Counted from the first letter of the stretch, positions 1 to 15,275 are shown. The stretch: 64,000 bases of DNA from Rhina ancylostomus (GCA_030265395.1 JARFYF010000012.1:30325643-30389642), one strand, 5' to 3'. Translations and numbers: made by a program. Notes: generated from the letters alone by a model not told the origin.

Positions 1-2114
1 TGTGTCATTGTGTAAGTGAAATGCTTTAAACTTGTTCTTTTGTTTGTTGTAAAGTAGCTCTAGTATGAAGTAGCTCTAGTACAATGTTCTCATAAGGGAT
101 CATGTTTTTCCATTAATCAACTAGCCTTAAACCTCCAGTTTCTCTGCCTTGTGAGTGACGATATATTGGGAATGCTGAAAATTACAAGCACTTGTGTTTA
201 TCAGCACTCACCTGCAGTATGAATACCATGTGCCAATTTCCCTGTCATACAATCCTATGATCCATTTATTTTTTAATGTGATAGATGACATTTCTTTTCA
301 AACAGACTGTGAAGGAAACAGTGCCTTTTCATAAGGAAGTTCTCCATTGGGGCATCTGGCTGTTTCATGTACTGTTCTCCAGTTTGAATTTGATACTCTG
401 CCATGCCTTCGAGGTTATGAAAGATAAGGAAGTAGTTCCAGTGACCAGGTTTTACCTGCCCACCCTGATTGTGCCCCAGGGTTAGAATCTTGATACTTGC
501 ACCGCTTTACAGAAGAGCTGATGACAGGTAGAGAGTGATACCAAGGAAAGCCTGCACCAAATCAAAGCTAAAAGGCAAGAGGCTTGGGATTGGATGAGAA
601 GCTGTGGTTAAAAGATGGATCAGTGGGATTGCCCTTTTTAGAAAAGTAGGTGACCCGAGATTGAGAGGTCATGATCCCACTGCCAATCATTGGATCACTA
701 ATGGAAGCTGGCTGTCTCAATAGCAGCTCCTTTTCTCCCTTAATTTTGTCTGTGGATGTATAGGATTAGTTGGGATGTAGGAACAAACTGTTTAAAAATC
801 CTGAATTGAACTTTGTGCATTGAGATAAAGATATCGTTAAAATCAACACATGGTCAAATAATTTTACTGTTCAATTAATGAAAGGTGGTGTTTTTAAAAG
901 TATTGTGCAAGTATTTGGAAGACCTGATCCTTATGCAGAGCATACACTGTCAAAATAAAAATGTTTATTCACTTCTTTCATCTGCAAGAAGATTCCTTTA
1001 TTTAGTGGGCAAATCTGAACTCTAATATCCTGCCATATATTTGTAAGTGATCAATGATTTTGAGAAGCTGTGACAAACCATTTCAAATAATGCTAATCAA
1101 TTGCTACCAACATTAGTCAAATGCTTTATTTCGACTGTAATCTGATGTCATGTTTTATAAAACATTGATAAGAGGTATTGTTAGTAGAGGGCAGCACATA
1201 AGGATTAAATATTGACAATAAGGCGAAGAATTCCATCATTATTGCCAGCTTTAGAAAAACGGGGAGCTCAAGAACAAGATCCTCAAGCACTAATGTATAG
1301 AAATCTTTAGACATAAGAAAATCTGAAACAAGTATTGCCCTGCAAATAGGCATTATATTAAAGGCAATTAAGCTGAATACGTAATGTTATCAGTGTATTA
1401 TAAATATATTTAAAATACAATTATTTTTATTTTGGAGAAGAAACCCAAGGCATAAGTTCTCTTTTTATCAGTGGAGTCTAAACAAATTACTGGAGGAGGA
1501 TGTGAGTGATGAAGGCATGATATTTCATATGTCGGTAGGAAGTATTTAGTCATAATCCTCCAGCCACCAGCTGGTCTTTTCCTGCCTGCAATTTTGTATT
1601 GTTTATTTTCCAGCAAGATCTGGGACACATTGGCACTCCTCAGTAAACTTTTTGATTTTTAACAGATAAATTGGTCTATTATGCTGGAATTTTGATACCC
1701 ACCACATACTTTAAAGTCACTTTCCTAATGGAAAGGTTACTTTAAATGTTAAAACCAAGGCTCTTGTTGGGATGAACAGTTTTACAGAAAGTTCCTTGCT
1801 TTGTTATAATTTAATAGTAAAATCTTTTACAGGTACTTATAATATTCCTAGCCAGAAACCTTCACCATACTAAACTGCTGCACCACTCCATCCATTCATG
1901 TCTTGGACCACCTGGTGACCAGGGTAAATTTTTAGATAAGGATTAGGTGCTCAAACTTTAAGTAATTTCAGTAGCTAATACGATTTGAATTCTTGTCCAT
2001 TTTTTTTTCACTCTTTAGACCTACTGAGCATCTCAAAGGTTTTGCATTTTCAAACTTCAACAAAAACTAGGTTTGAAATTACTGTATGATAATAGAAAAA
2101 TGCCTGAGGTGTTT

Positions 2115-2525
2115 ATAGAATCATACAGCATAGCCCTGCAGCCCACTATATCCACATTAATCCTATACTAATCCATTTTTCCTAACATGTCCCCATCAAG
2201 TCTTTATTCCTGTTCCCCCTGCCCCCACCCTGTTTCTTCTGTCACTCATCAGTTAACCTACCAACCAGCATGTCTTTATGTGGGATGGAACCAGAGATGA
2301 GGGGTGGGGGGGGGGGGGATCCATGCAGTCCTGTGGAGANNNNNNNNNNNNNNNNNNNNNNNNNNNNNNNNNNNNNNNNNNNNNNNNNNNNNNNNNNNNN
2401 NNNNNNNNNNNNNNNNNNNNNNNNNNNNNNNNNNNNNNNATGCAGACTCCACGCACACAGCACCCAATATCAGGATCAAACCTGGGTCTCTGGAGCTGTG
2501 AGAGGGCAGTGCTTTGCTTTGCTGC
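2115..2525 (-). mobile_element. tRNA-derived V-SINE (HE1-like), interrupted by a gap
   Basis: Reverse strand gives tRNA-like head (ctcacagctccagagacccaggtttgatcctg), tgctgtgtgcgtggagtctgca core and tgtatgattcta tail; related copies at 51893 and 63690. Confidence 0.75.
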
Positions 2526-5500
2526 TCTCCTAAAGCTTGTTCCTGAAGCATTCCTCTGTATACCAGTTTAACAGAAGAACTCACCCATTTAAAATAAACA
2601 AGTTAATGCATGTGTAGTTACAATAGCACCCACACTGATGCCTGTATTAAGCATTCATTATGGTCACCAATTATAATTTCAAGCCTATATTGTTCTTTTG
2701 ACTTGGTGGTGACAGATTAATTGTGCATGCTGAATCATTTCTGAAACGTTACCACAACACTCTCTTGATTTTTCAAAAGCTCCCTCTTTGTCTGTACTAT
2801 TTTTCACTTTCCCCCCACATTCTATTTGCTGCTTAGTATCCAATGGGTCCCTCTTAAAATACCTGAAGTAATATTGTATTAGGGGGATTTATAAGAGTTG
2901 TTCTAAAGTTTTAAAATAGTCCTATCACGTAGATTGGGCAAATCAGACTAATACACAATAGGATCTATGTACATTGTAGAGAGCTTTTCCTCATATGTGA
3001 TGCTTTGCTATCATCCATTTTATGGAGCATACTGCAACAGTGATGCATGGTTTGTATTTGGTGGTACTCCCATGGTATTAAAAGAACTATTTTGTGCTTA
3101 GAACTGTTAACAACCATATATGGAAGTTACAATTTGGAATCATTCATGTTTTCAATTTGATTTTAAATTTTGGCAAAGCTTATTTCTCAACCAGTAGCCT
3201 TGGAATGAATTCCACAGATAGGTATTTTCTCATATTTAATACGTCCTCACTTTTGATCCCTCAATAGCCAGTGTAGATTTGAAAAGCTTGAAAACATTCA
3301 AGAAGTGAACTTCCAAGTAATTCTGCTATGAACTGGAAAATATGTTGTCCTAATTTTTTCCCTTTCTGTCACCCCTTCATTTCATTAGCTGACATTTTCA
3401 CAAAATATGGTTACAAATCATTACCAAATTGTGTCAGCTCGCCAAAGAGCATCTTGAAGAGAGAGCTAAGGTTAATCACAAGAAAAAATGTGGCTCTGCT
3501 AAGTTTTTTAACAAAGATGTAGCTATTGGAATTTAGAATGTTATTTTTATGGGATCTGGATTGTACAGATTTGGATCCCTGTTCACAAAGTGGCTTCCAC
3601 ATGTGTATGGCAAAACTGCAATAACAAATTAAGAATTTTGTATAAATTCCACAAAATTTAAAATTAAATGAGAGAAACTTCATTTTCTTTTAATTTGTTC
3701 AGTGATTCATGAACTTTGGGGGGTGGGGGGGGAGGAGAATAAGAAAATATTCTGTGAAACATATAGAACATCTGATTTGGGTGGCTAAGATTATACTTAC
3801 AGGATTATAAGTGTGAGATGGATATTAAAAACTCTGCCTCTAAATAGAAAAATAGACAGAAACCTCCATCCAGTTTGAATCAGACCTAGAAATGAGTGAA
3901 GTTAAATAAAAATAGGCATTTGGGGTGAGGGAACTTTCTCTCATATCCTGAATGTTGCAGAAAACTAATATGCATACATGGCTGTGCAAAGAAGTGTTCT
4001 TGCTCTTTATTTATATTTAATATTTAGTCTGTATTTAGCTCGTTAAAGATCTAAATATAGATCTATATTTATACAGATCTATACCAGTGTTCATATGTGC
4101 ATATGCCACCACTGATTCTTCATTATTTCTCTCTAGTCTTCTCCCATTTCTCTCTGTTCTGTTCTCTCCTCCCTCCCTTGAAGGTGTCAATATTGTCTGT
4201 TTCAATTGTACTATGTGCCTGATATGTCTATATTCCCAACACCCTTAGCATAAAAAATCCTTTACATTATATTTTGGCTATACTATTTTTCAATATCTGC
4301 CTCATCAAATTCCTTAACTTTAAAGACATGTTATAGGCTTTTATTAGTCTTTTATTTCCAAAATAATAGAACTGGAGACTGCTCAATCATTCCTGACTAT
4401 TTCATCCTCTCAATTCTTTTGTAAATCTGTTTGTATTTTGTATAGCAATTGGTTCCTTTTAGGATATGGAGACCAAAACTGTACACAATACTGTTCTCTA
4501 AACAAGGTCTCTCATTTACTCCTACTCTACATTCTTGTCAGTATGTTTAATTTATGTATGTGCATTCCCAGATCACCTTTTGTTCCTATAAATGATTTAG
4601 CTACTTACCTGCGAAATCTATCACATTGATCCACATTCTATGTTGCTATAAAGCAAAATTTTGTATATGATCCAGAAATTTGAAATATACCAGAAAACAT
4701 TGACAGAAAACTCGACAGCTCAGACAGAATTTATGGATAGAGAATAACCAATACTCTGCAAATAGATGCTGCCTGATATTTTACAATACTTATTAAATTT
4801 GCTAATTATCTAACCATCCTGCAAGCCTGTTACTCCTTGGTTCAGACTTTCACTTTATTCAATAAACTCCCCAGTTTGGTGCAATTCCACTCTCTAAGCC
4901 CAGACCATTTATGTAGAAGGTAAACATCAGTGGTCTTAGCACAAGTCCCTGCAGGATACAGACTCCTGTTCCATATATTTTTGTCTTCAATTCAGGGGGG
5001 AAAAATTGTAGTTTGGTAGCTTAGCTGTCATGCCATTGATTTAATTGCAAAATATTGCCCACTTCCCAAGAAATATCATAAAAGTTATATACAAGGGGTG
5101 CATCTGGAAATAAGTAACTTCAATTTATATTACCATCATAAGCAAATCTAGCAGAAAAATTCTAAAGCTGTTTGAATAGGACAAATTACATTATTTAGCA
5201 ACCTTTGTTCTGTGTTAGCTCTACATATCAGAGCTTAATTCACCCAAAGACTTAACACAATTAACTTCTATACCTCAATAAGAAACAACACTTCTGGATA
5301 CTGCATTATTTATAAGGAGACAAAAGGAGAGAGATGAAAAATAGAAATTCATTAGCTGAGATAAATTTTGCACTTATTGGACATTACACAAATCCCTAAA
5401 ACATCTGGAGTTATTGAATCATCAATTGCTAAATATTACTGGGGAAAAGGTTTAATAAACTGCACTGGCAAAAAGTCATTTGAAAAGGATGTTGTCAAAA

Positions 5501-5689
5501 TTTCAAGGAGGGAAGAAGATGAAATTCATTTAAAAAGTTCTGGTGTGTCAGTCAGCATTTTGTAACTTTTTAACATCGTCATTGCTATACTTGACAATCC
5601 ATGGACCTCAGTAAATACTATAAATTGGTAAAGATAAAATATACAAATAACCTTACCAAGCTGTATCTCAATACCATATTCCTGATCTC

Positions 5690-7340
5690 TCCCTGTATTC
5701 AATGATGCCCTTTGTGTCTGGAAATACATTCAGTGACTTAGCTTCCACCTTCCATGGGTTTACAGTCCTTGAAATGAAGAAATTTCTCCTCATTTCAGTC
5801 CTAATTATATTAACCTATACCCTGAGTCTGTGGCGGNNNNNNNNNNNNNNNNNNNNNNNNNNNNNNNNNNNNNNNNNNNNNNNNNNNNNNNNNNNNNNNN
5901 NNNNNNNNNNNNNNNNNNNNNNNNNNNNNNNNNNNNCCCATTTTGGAACTCCCAGCCAGAAGAAACATCCTGCCTGCATTCCAGTCTGTGTGCCTCTGTC
6001 ATAATTTTGTATGTTTTAATGAGATCTCCTTTCATTCTTCTGAACTTGATTGAAAACTGGCCTAATTGACTTAATCTCTTCTCACACAATAGTTCTGCCA
6101 TCCCTGGTGAAGCTTTGCTTCATTCCCTCTATGGCAAGTATATCACCTCTTAAGTAATGATACCAAAACTGCATACAATAATCCAGGTTTGATCTCACCA
6201 AGGCTGTGATAATTGTAGCAAAACTCTTACACATGAAACCTCCTGTAATAAATGGTATGTTGGTACCTATATGTATTTTCTGTGACTGGCATACAAGGAC
6301 CCCAGCTGCTTTTGTACATCATCATTTCCCAATCTATCACCATTCAAACATGCTCCATTTCAGTTTTTCCTACCAGGGTGGATAACTTCAAGTTTTTTTA
6401 AATCCACATTAGACTGCATTTGCTAGGTACTTGCCCACTCACTAAACATGTCCAAGTTGTCTTGGAGCCTCTTTGCATCCTCTCAACTCTCAATCCCACT
6501 CAGTTTTGAGTTGTTAGCAAACTTGGAAGTAATGTATTTGTTTTCCCTCATCCAAATCTTTTTGAATAACTGGGGCCCAAACACTGATCTGTGCAGTATC
6601 CCAATTAGTCACCAACTTCACCCCAAACAGGTCACATTTATTCCTACTGATTTCCTGGCTATTAACCAATTTTCAATCCATGCAGTATGCCCCAATCACA
6701 GGTGCTTTAATTTTACATACTACCCTCAAGTGAGGCTTGATCAAAGGCTTCCTGAAAATTCCAAATATACCAATTCCACGTTCTATTATCTATTTCCTCG
6801 GCTATATCCTCAAAAAAAACCTCCAAAAGCTTTGTCAAATATAATTTTCTTCGTGAATTAGACTGCCTAAACCTATTAATATTTTCTGAGTGTCCTGTAT
6901 TTAGCTCCTTTATTATAGACCTCAGCACTTTCTCTTACTACTGTTAGGTAACCAGTCTTGTCTGCTTCATTTTTCTTTCAATTTTAAAGTTACAGTTGCC
7001 ACTCTTATATCTGTAGGTATTGATCTATAATCCATAGAAATTTTGAAGATGGCAACCAATGCACTCAGCTTTGTAGTACTGAGGTTTGCAGATTATCAGA
7101 TCGGGATTTATCAGCTGCCTGATTCTTTAATTTCTCCAGCACTCCTTCCCTTATCAATACAAATTTATTTTAATTCCTTCCACAAGGACTTTTTTTAGCA
7201 TTTCTGGGAAATTATTTTTCTCTCTTCTGAGAGAACAAAACAAAATTGTTTAATTTTTCTGTCATTTCTTTGTTCCCTGTTATAAATTGTTTTTGACTGC
7301 ATGATGCCTACATTTGTCTTCACTAATATTTTTTATTTTA
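5690..7340 (-). mobile_element. Degenerate CR1-type LINE (ORF2 RT and 3' end)
   Basis: Minus-strand fragments LGQFSIKFRRMKGDLIKTYKIM and LTKLLEVFFEDIAEEID...YIWNFQEAFDQ, typical CR1 RT motifs with stops and frameshifts. Confidence 0.8.
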
Positions 7341-9859
7341 CAGTTGTGGACACAGGTAAAATTGTTTATAGCTATCTCCAGTACATTGATGGCTGCATCC
7401 CTCAATTTATTTATGGCCTTGTAACTCAACTGTTGTTGAATAAGCATAATTTGGATTAAGAATATTAGTTTTTCCACTTGGAAAAGAATAACAGTATTAG
7501 GTTTTACAACTTGGACCTTTAAAATAATATTTAAAGTTGTGTGATTTCAAAATTCATAGAACTATCATATTACAAACAAAAGAGGGGTTTAATATACTTT
7601 TAGCCAATAATACACTGAATATTAAACAACTTTTTTATTAAACTTGCATGTTTCCTCATAGTCAACCTATTCAAAAATATCTTTGTTATTGGCTGTCCAG
7701 TTGTGCATGCAACTAAGTTTATTTTGCCCTTCCATTTTGTATTCTCTTTGTTGGTCTGACTATTGTGATGCCATACAACTTTGTCAATTTAGTCATCTAT
7801 GATTTATAGAAAGACTTGTTAATACATCAAGTGAATGCTAATCCTCTGTGCTGCTTCCCCACACTTGTCCAATTAGCCTTTCGTGAGATCAAGATCAACA
7901 GGGTCTTTAAATACTGCTCCCAGGCCAGTAAGAGTTTATTCACTTTCCCAAACCTCATCTTCTTGCACAAAGCCCAGAGCTACCACTGGGCTGCAGCATT
8001 GTTTGTTTTCTCCTCCAGGGACTGCTTCAAGTAGGACTTGTTCTCTGATTTTTAAATACCTTTCCCAGCTGTGTGCCCAAACTCCATAATTAAAAATTTT
8101 GTGACTCTGCAATCCATAATGCCTTTGCGTTTCAAGATCACAAAATGAGCAAATGAGGAGTTTTGTGAATGAGATGATCTATCCCCTTCATCCCAAATGC
8201 CTTCCATTTGGTTAAATTTAAATTTGGTCCTTGCACCTGAAAATCCTGATTAACTCGCAGTGGCACCATGGGGTCCATTCATAGTAGTCACTGAATATAC
8301 CTCCAAGAGATCCACATTGTCCTGAATCAATTAAGAAATTTAAGCTTCCCATTCAGCACATTCATCCTTCCAAAGATGTGCACCCTGGCAACAGCTCTTC
8401 CTTTTCCTGATCTGACCTCGGACTTTTTCTTTGCAGAGAAAGTCCATTAAGTATATTTAATTTTCCATCAGGTGACTGGGGTTTTGAGGTAGTTTACTGC
8501 CTTTTTAAAAATCTTTCATACTTTTAAACAGTATACCTTTTTGGGAGGTGTTTCTCACCCAAAACAAAACTCCTTTTGGAGTCTGTACATTTTCTCTGGT
8601 ACTTTCATCGGCAACCCTCATGATTATTTTGGTATCATTCAGCTTGCTTCATTAATAAAAGAAACTGGCCCATTAGGTAAGGTCTTTGAATTTATTTTTT
8701 TTAAAAAAATCAAATTGCGTGGTAGCTAAAGATGGGTCTACAATATTGCAACAGAAAAGAAAACTTGACTACCATTTCCAACATTATGATTACCTAGAGA
8801 TTTCAGTTAGATACATTAGATTGTGATGGTCTGTATGGTAGAATAGCCAGACAGTCCTTGCTACTGTGGGGAAACAGTAGATTATGTTCTACGTTAAGTG
8901 ATAAACTAAAGACTTCTGGTTCCTAATGCACAATCATGCTTTCAGCAGATGAGAGGTAACAGAAAATGGGAGGAAAATACAATTACTTCTGAGATTTAGA
9001 TAAGTAAGATCCCTTTATCAACTCCTGTACTGTACCACCACGTCAACAGAAGAGACTTAGATGGCACAAACCTACAGAAACAAAAGGAGTAGATAACTAC
9101 AGAGTTAGAATACCACCTGTTTATGAATATAGTTATGTCCCCTTTCTGGTAGGGAGACCTCAGACATTTGAGAGAGTTGATAAAGTTATTGTTGATTAAG
9201 ACAAATATTCAAGAAGTAGAATTGAACTGTGACCTACATAAGAGAAAGGCAGAGAATAAAAGCCAGTTACTGCCAGGGAGTAATTGAAAACTGAATAAAC
9301 TTAAATGCCTGGAAAAAAAGTTTAGATTTTTATCTTGTGAAAATCTCAGTTTTGCAGGAAAATGGTTAAAATTGTTATTATGTAATGAATGAAGTGAATG
9401 TATATAATTTGAGACCATTTTTTAAACTCAGTCTAGTTCTGGTGATTACCTGACTATCTGGCAAAGTTAATAAAAGCAAATGTGTCTTTGCTGTAATTTT
9501 TAATCTAGTCTTTTAACCTTTTCCTGTAAATTATGGTGATCAAATTCAAATAGNNNNNNNNNNTTTCTTGTGCTTTTTTGAGAGCTTATACTGACTTATA
9601 ATAATGAAGCTGTAATAACTGAAATGAGTGCTGAAGCAGTGGGTTAGCACAACATTCTTTTATATGCTAGCTTGAATCCATTCCACACTGGGACAAAGAT
9701 CTTAGCTGGGTGCCAACCAAATGTTTCCATGGTTTTCACTGCATTAATCTATGTTGGGCATCTACCCAGTAAATTAGCAATCTCATTGAGAATATTATCA
9801 AGAATGACCAGTGTTAGTAATAGCATTGCACCTGTTTGTGTCAGCTACAGTATAGCATG

Positions 9860-10090
9860 TTCCCCTCAAAGTTGTGGGTTCATGTCCCACTCCCAGAGAT
9901 TTCTGTGCAAAAATCAGGCATTACTGGCAATGCTGTATTTTAAACATACATTAGATTAAGGCCATGCACATCCTACCAGTTGATAAATAGATCACATCAT
10001 ACTGTAGTTGCATCTCAGCCAATGTCACTGATTCCATGAAGCTCACTTCATCCAATTTCACTCAGAACATTGGCAATTGTAATATAATCT
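9860..10090 (+). mobile_element. Old Deu-domain-like SINE fragment
   Basis: gttgtgggttcatgtcccactcccagaga...tgcaaaaatcaggc resembles shark DeuSINEs; reverse-oriented relatives near 22400-22495 and 23420-23730. Confidence 0.45.
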
Positions 10091-11139
10091 AAAGTTGTAT
10101 ACATTTGTATTGTAGCATTCTTGTTCCAACATATTTTTGTGTATGATATGTTATTACATTGTATTTTGGTAAGTTTAATGCTTTTGATACATTTTTTCAT
10201 CCTGAAAACATTAATCTTATAACATTTATATAAGTATTCAAATGTCAAATCTAGATGGTGTTTGAATCTTGAAATTAATTTGCCCTAACAAGAATGTTGA
10301 ATGAGTTTAAGTACCAATGAGTTGAATGAGTTTAAGAACTATATAATCAAAAAGCTTTGCTCTGTCACCCAAGTACACCCACCTTAAAGAAGGTAATTAT
10401 TGGCAGTTCAAAATTCCTCTTGTCCAAAAAAAATTGCAAAAGAAACCACAAAGCTATCTCTGCTTTATTTAAACAAAACTATACATACATACTATTTTAG
10501 TGTTAAGAATTGCCGTCTTTGATCTCTAGCTCATTATAGCCAGTCAAAACACCCTTGTTCATGTCGACAAAAGGAAACAGATTTGATAGAAATTCACATT
10601 TTCCCCAGCTTGGAAGAATGACATCAAATCCATTCGACTTTTCCCAATAGAGGGTTTATACTATTCCATGCAAAATCCACAACTACTAAGAAGTCCAGTT
10701 AATTAATACCCTTGTGTGCAGATTATGTTGCCTTTTTCAAGATTCTCCTTTGCAGATGAGATGAAGCGGCAAAGCAATCTTGAGGAACATGGAAAAGAAT
10801 TTGATTGAAGATGTGTTGAGTAATACTCTAACCAAAGCAAAATAATGAAATGGGAAGTTTATGATTTTTATCAGATTAATATATTCCACAACTATTGTTA
10901 CTAGGTATGCTTGTATTTAATATAGTAATAGTAATACTAGTGCATGTTTTGTGTCTCAGACTGGTAGCCCTGGTCTAGTAGTTGATTAATTTTTAATGTT
11001 TAATGAGCTTTTATTCTTTGCCAACATTTAAACTGATCCAAAAGCCATTGGAATGATATTATGCAGTCTGAGAGGGACTCTCACACCCAATCATACTTTA
11101 GATTGAGGCCTGTTGTTACCTCCTCTCAAGTGAGCCCTC

Positions 11140-11650
11140 AGGATCAAAGATGACTTGCTTCTACTCCAGCTCTGGTTTCTGAGGTGACTAATCAGGCCAA
11201 TATGGGAATGGCAGATTTATTTCACAGGAGGAAGTTGGCAGGGTGGATCAGTGGCTAGTTTGGGAGATGAACTCATCTGCTTCTCAGTGTCACCTTTGAG
11301 ATCTTTCTCCACTTCAGTCATGGGACAGGAGTCAGTGGGATATCACACTTGTAAGGAGGTTTTGGGAACATCCTTAAATCTTTTCCTCTCTCCACCTGGT
11401 AATCTCTTTCTTTGATGCAGCTCAGAATAGTGTGTCTGTTTTGGCAATTTGACAGCCAACTGAATGTAGTTAAGGCAGCAACAGCAGCTTGGGAGAGGAC
11501 ACTGAAGCTGGTTTGCTTCTACCAATTGATTTGGGGGATTTTGCAGAGATAGCATTAATGATGTCTTCCCCTCCTTTAGGGTGTTTTACCAAATGGAACA
11601 AGTCTGTTTTGTGCAGGGTCTGAGGGCTTGATCTTCAAATGCCCTTTTCC
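11140..11650 (-). mobile_element. RTE-clade LINE 3' fragment
   Basis: Minus strand LPKQTHYSELHQRKRLPGGERKRFKDVPKTSL, the RTE ORF C-terminal signature; homologous to 18520-19430. Confidence 0.75.
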
Positions 11651-14600
11651 TCGGTCAACCAAAGCTGTACTAATGTACTGAAAATGCCAATTTCTCTGCA
11701 CGGAGGAATTTGTACTAGTCTGATCCATGTGATACTGCCCACCACTTTCACGCTGGTGTATATCTGAAACAGTTTCATATTAATATGAAAACAATTGTAT
11801 GACAGCAGGATTTTTCATTTTATGGAATTTTATACCCTGACCATTTTGTTTTGATAGGCCATGACGGCAAAGCATCTTGAAAGTGTTGAGTGCTTCTGAT
11901 ATTATTTTTGTGTGCATTGCATATCTTTTAGGATTTTCTGCTCAAATAGTAGCCTACCAGCAGGATAATATGCAGTTCCCATTGCTTGCATTTTGTTTTT
12001 GTCCTTGGACCTGGGTTAAGTGGGTGTGTCTGAGATTAAAACAGCAGTGGTTCTGTTAGGCTTGGTTATGAATATAACAAGACTGGACTTCCCACAGTGG
12101 TATAGCCTGGGGGTCTAGATTTGGGGAAGGTATGTTGCCTGTGGAGAGAATTGAAGGCTGAGCAGGATTAGTATGAACCCAAATAACTGACTTCTTCCTT
12201 AGAAAATATCAAATCCCTCTGTTCCAGCTGTCAAAACTTATGGGAGTTCCATTCAATGCACATTTTTAGTGTGAGGGGTCACTCTTTAGAAATTGCACCA
12301 GAATTTGTAATTGGCATTAATGATTGTAGTGCAAAAAAGCTAGCACATCTGTGTAATTTTTTCAAGTAAATTTTAAATGTAGATAGAGTAGTTTTGAAAT
12401 TGGCTTTGAGAGTTGTATTTTACAGGACTTGAGCATATAGCTTATTTTCCTTTGATGCATGATCCCCCATGAGCAGGCTTTCATTGTGCTACAATCAATC
12501 CTGCTTTTTACTTTCCTGTTTGAAAAAAAGCCCTGGGATCTGTTAAACAAGTTCTGAAGATTTTTTTTTACCAATTAGCAGCTGCCTTGCCAGCAACAGC
12601 AGGTGGCTTTCATATCCCTCAGAGAAGGCTGTTTGCACCTCTGATCAAAGTGAAAGCAGGTTTAAGAAAAAAAGTCAAGGATTTTGTGGGATTTTGGTAT
12701 GTGACGCAAACCCGTGAAGTATAGGTAATTTTTGTAGTTTGGTCATTGAGCTGGTAATAAACTGCTACCATCTCAGGAAGTGTTAGCTTTGTTGTGTGTA
12801 TAACAGTGTTACGAGTTTGTATACATTCATTTCCTTGATAGCCATTCTCGGTAGGGAATGAGAGGGGATGGGTACTAATAGGGATGAGTAAATATGTCTG
12901 GGACCCAGTCAACACCCAATAAAAGAAACAGTTAATTCGCCTTACTTGAAAGGCCAACTGTGAAAATATTGCTATTTGCATTTTTATATAGTGAATAATC
13001 AGTAAATTCTGAGGTGATTTTCTGAAACATCTTGAAGTTTGAGTTCCAACTTATTTGACCAAAATACTAATACATCCATCCAGTATTAGCAAAGCATACA
13101 CTAAGTTTCTCATGATTATGCACCATTGGTATTAAAGTTCCAATTAAAATCTGTTTTTGAACTTTTTCCACCCTCTGTGATCATTTTGATTTTGGGTCTT
13201 TTCTGCTGTTGCATTGATGAAAAGCATTTGCAGTACTTGGCTTAAGAAAGGGTACAGAAATAATAGCATAGCAGTCTGCCCTCATTAGCTTGTGTAAGAA
13301 CTGTATGCACAGTGGCAATGGGTGCAATTGGCCAAGCTATGTGTGACAGCCTGCTTGTTTGGAAATAGGCTAATCTCCTGCTTGGGTTATCCAGAGGTCA
13401 GGTGGGTATTTCTTTTTTTGGCTCCTTTAGTGCATTAGCTTCTATGTGTTTTATAACAGCCCTCTTCTTTGGTAATTGTGCCTGGAGGCTGTGGATGGGC
13501 AGCAGTTATCCGTTGAAATAGACTAAGCAGCAAGTGTTCTGACATGTTTATCAGGCAAATTGTACCTGACAAAAAGGTAATTACACTTACAATTGGGTCC
13601 AAGAGCAGCTGGATGATTAGGGGTTAATCAACTATGCTCAGTAGACATGTCCTGTATTTAAAGCTAATGGTTTAGCCTTGACTGTTAGAAATCCTAAGCA
13701 CTATAGTTTAAAATGGGGTAATCAAAAAAAGTCATCAATTATTTGATCATGTATTAGGTCTTTGCAACTCCAGGTTAATGTAATGTTACCTTCCAATCAA
13801 AAGCAATGACTATGAATCCCTTCAGTTGCCAATTTTTAAAGCTTTGGTTGACCTAAATGATATGTAATATGACAAATTTGTTTTGATAATTATTCAGCTT
13901 TTTTAAATTTCTGTTAAAAGTATTTTTTTGCATTGTTCCTTTATAAGCTACCAATATGGATTTGATGGAACAACTTTGTGGAAATAGGAATAACTCTCTA
14001 TATTACATTTTTGCTTCCTGACACAGCTTAATCTGGATAATATCCTTATAAATCACAAGATGCTGTAATTTTCTTAATACAAATACACTGGTACATTGCT
14101 CTGTTCTAAATGCTTTTGCAGTAATGAGTATGCAATGGAATTTTCACTAAAGGAACTCATTANNNNNNNNNNNNNNNNNNNNNNNNNNNNNNNNNNNNNN
14201 NNNNNNNNNNNNNNNNNNNNNNNNNNNNNNNNNNNNNNNNNNNNNNNNNNNNNNNNNNNNNNNNNNNNNNNNNNNNNNNNNNNNNNNNNNNNNNNNNNNN
14301 NNNNNNGGTCCCTTTTGAGGCCTGGTAATAGGTCAGCCGGATGAACAATGCCTCTTCACAACACCTAACCTGTAAGCCATTTCATGGGGACTAGAACACC
14401 TGCTCCTTCTGTTGACAACTGTCCAGATCCTATGGTCTCCGTTGTCACCACCTGTAGAATGTGATGGTAGCTGCTGTCTCCCCCTTTTGAGTGGCTGCTC
14501 AACTCTCCCCAACCCAGAGATTTCTATATGGTAGCAAGCTTAATGGTGATCATTGGCCTTTCCACACCAAATCATGGACCAATATATGCTGCAAGTATGC

Positions 14601-14959
14601 TAGAGGAGGGTGGAGTTTTACAATAGGTTCCCATCATTGCAGCAGAAAGCCCAAGTAAATGTCTGTCTTAAGGTTATAAGGAGGTGCGTACCTGTGAGTG
14701 TTTGGATTGGAGAACCAAGTGCAATAATGAATAAGCACTCTACAGTGCTCATTGGGGTACCAGGGTGTAGAAAAATATTCTTAAATGGTGTACAAGTAAT
14801 CCTCTCAATCTAGGCTGTGATATTAGTATTTTTTTATGTAATTATATCCTATAAAGTCATAAAACTTTCATGTCATGCGCATTAGCACTTCAGACCTTTC
14901 AATGAGCATTCTTAAACACAGGCTATATGGAATGAAACAAACTGTTAAGTTATCTCATT

Positions 14960-15275
14960 ATTAGAACAATACAGGCCCTTCGGCCCACCGTGTTGTGCCA
15001 CCCAACAAACCACACCTCCCACCATCTAAGCCTTTCCTCTCTCTATCCCATACTCCTCCATATGCCCATCCAACAACCTCTTGAACCTGTCCAGCGTATN
15101 NNNNNNNNNNNNNNNNNNNNNNNNNNNNNNNNNNNNNNNNNNNNNNNNNNNNNNNNNNNNNNNNNNNNNNNNNNNNNNNNNNNNNNNNNNNNNNNNNNNT
15201 CCTTCCTATAATGCGGTGACCAGAACTGAACACAGTACTCTAGGTGTGGTCTAACCAGAGTTTTGTACAGCAGCA
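14960..15275 (-). mobile_element. CR1/HER1-like LINE 3' fragment spanning a gap
   Basis: gaccagaactgaacacagtactctaggtgtggtctaaccagagttttgtac (reverse reads [19 protein letters not shown]) plus ggcccttcggccca tail. Confidence 0.7.
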
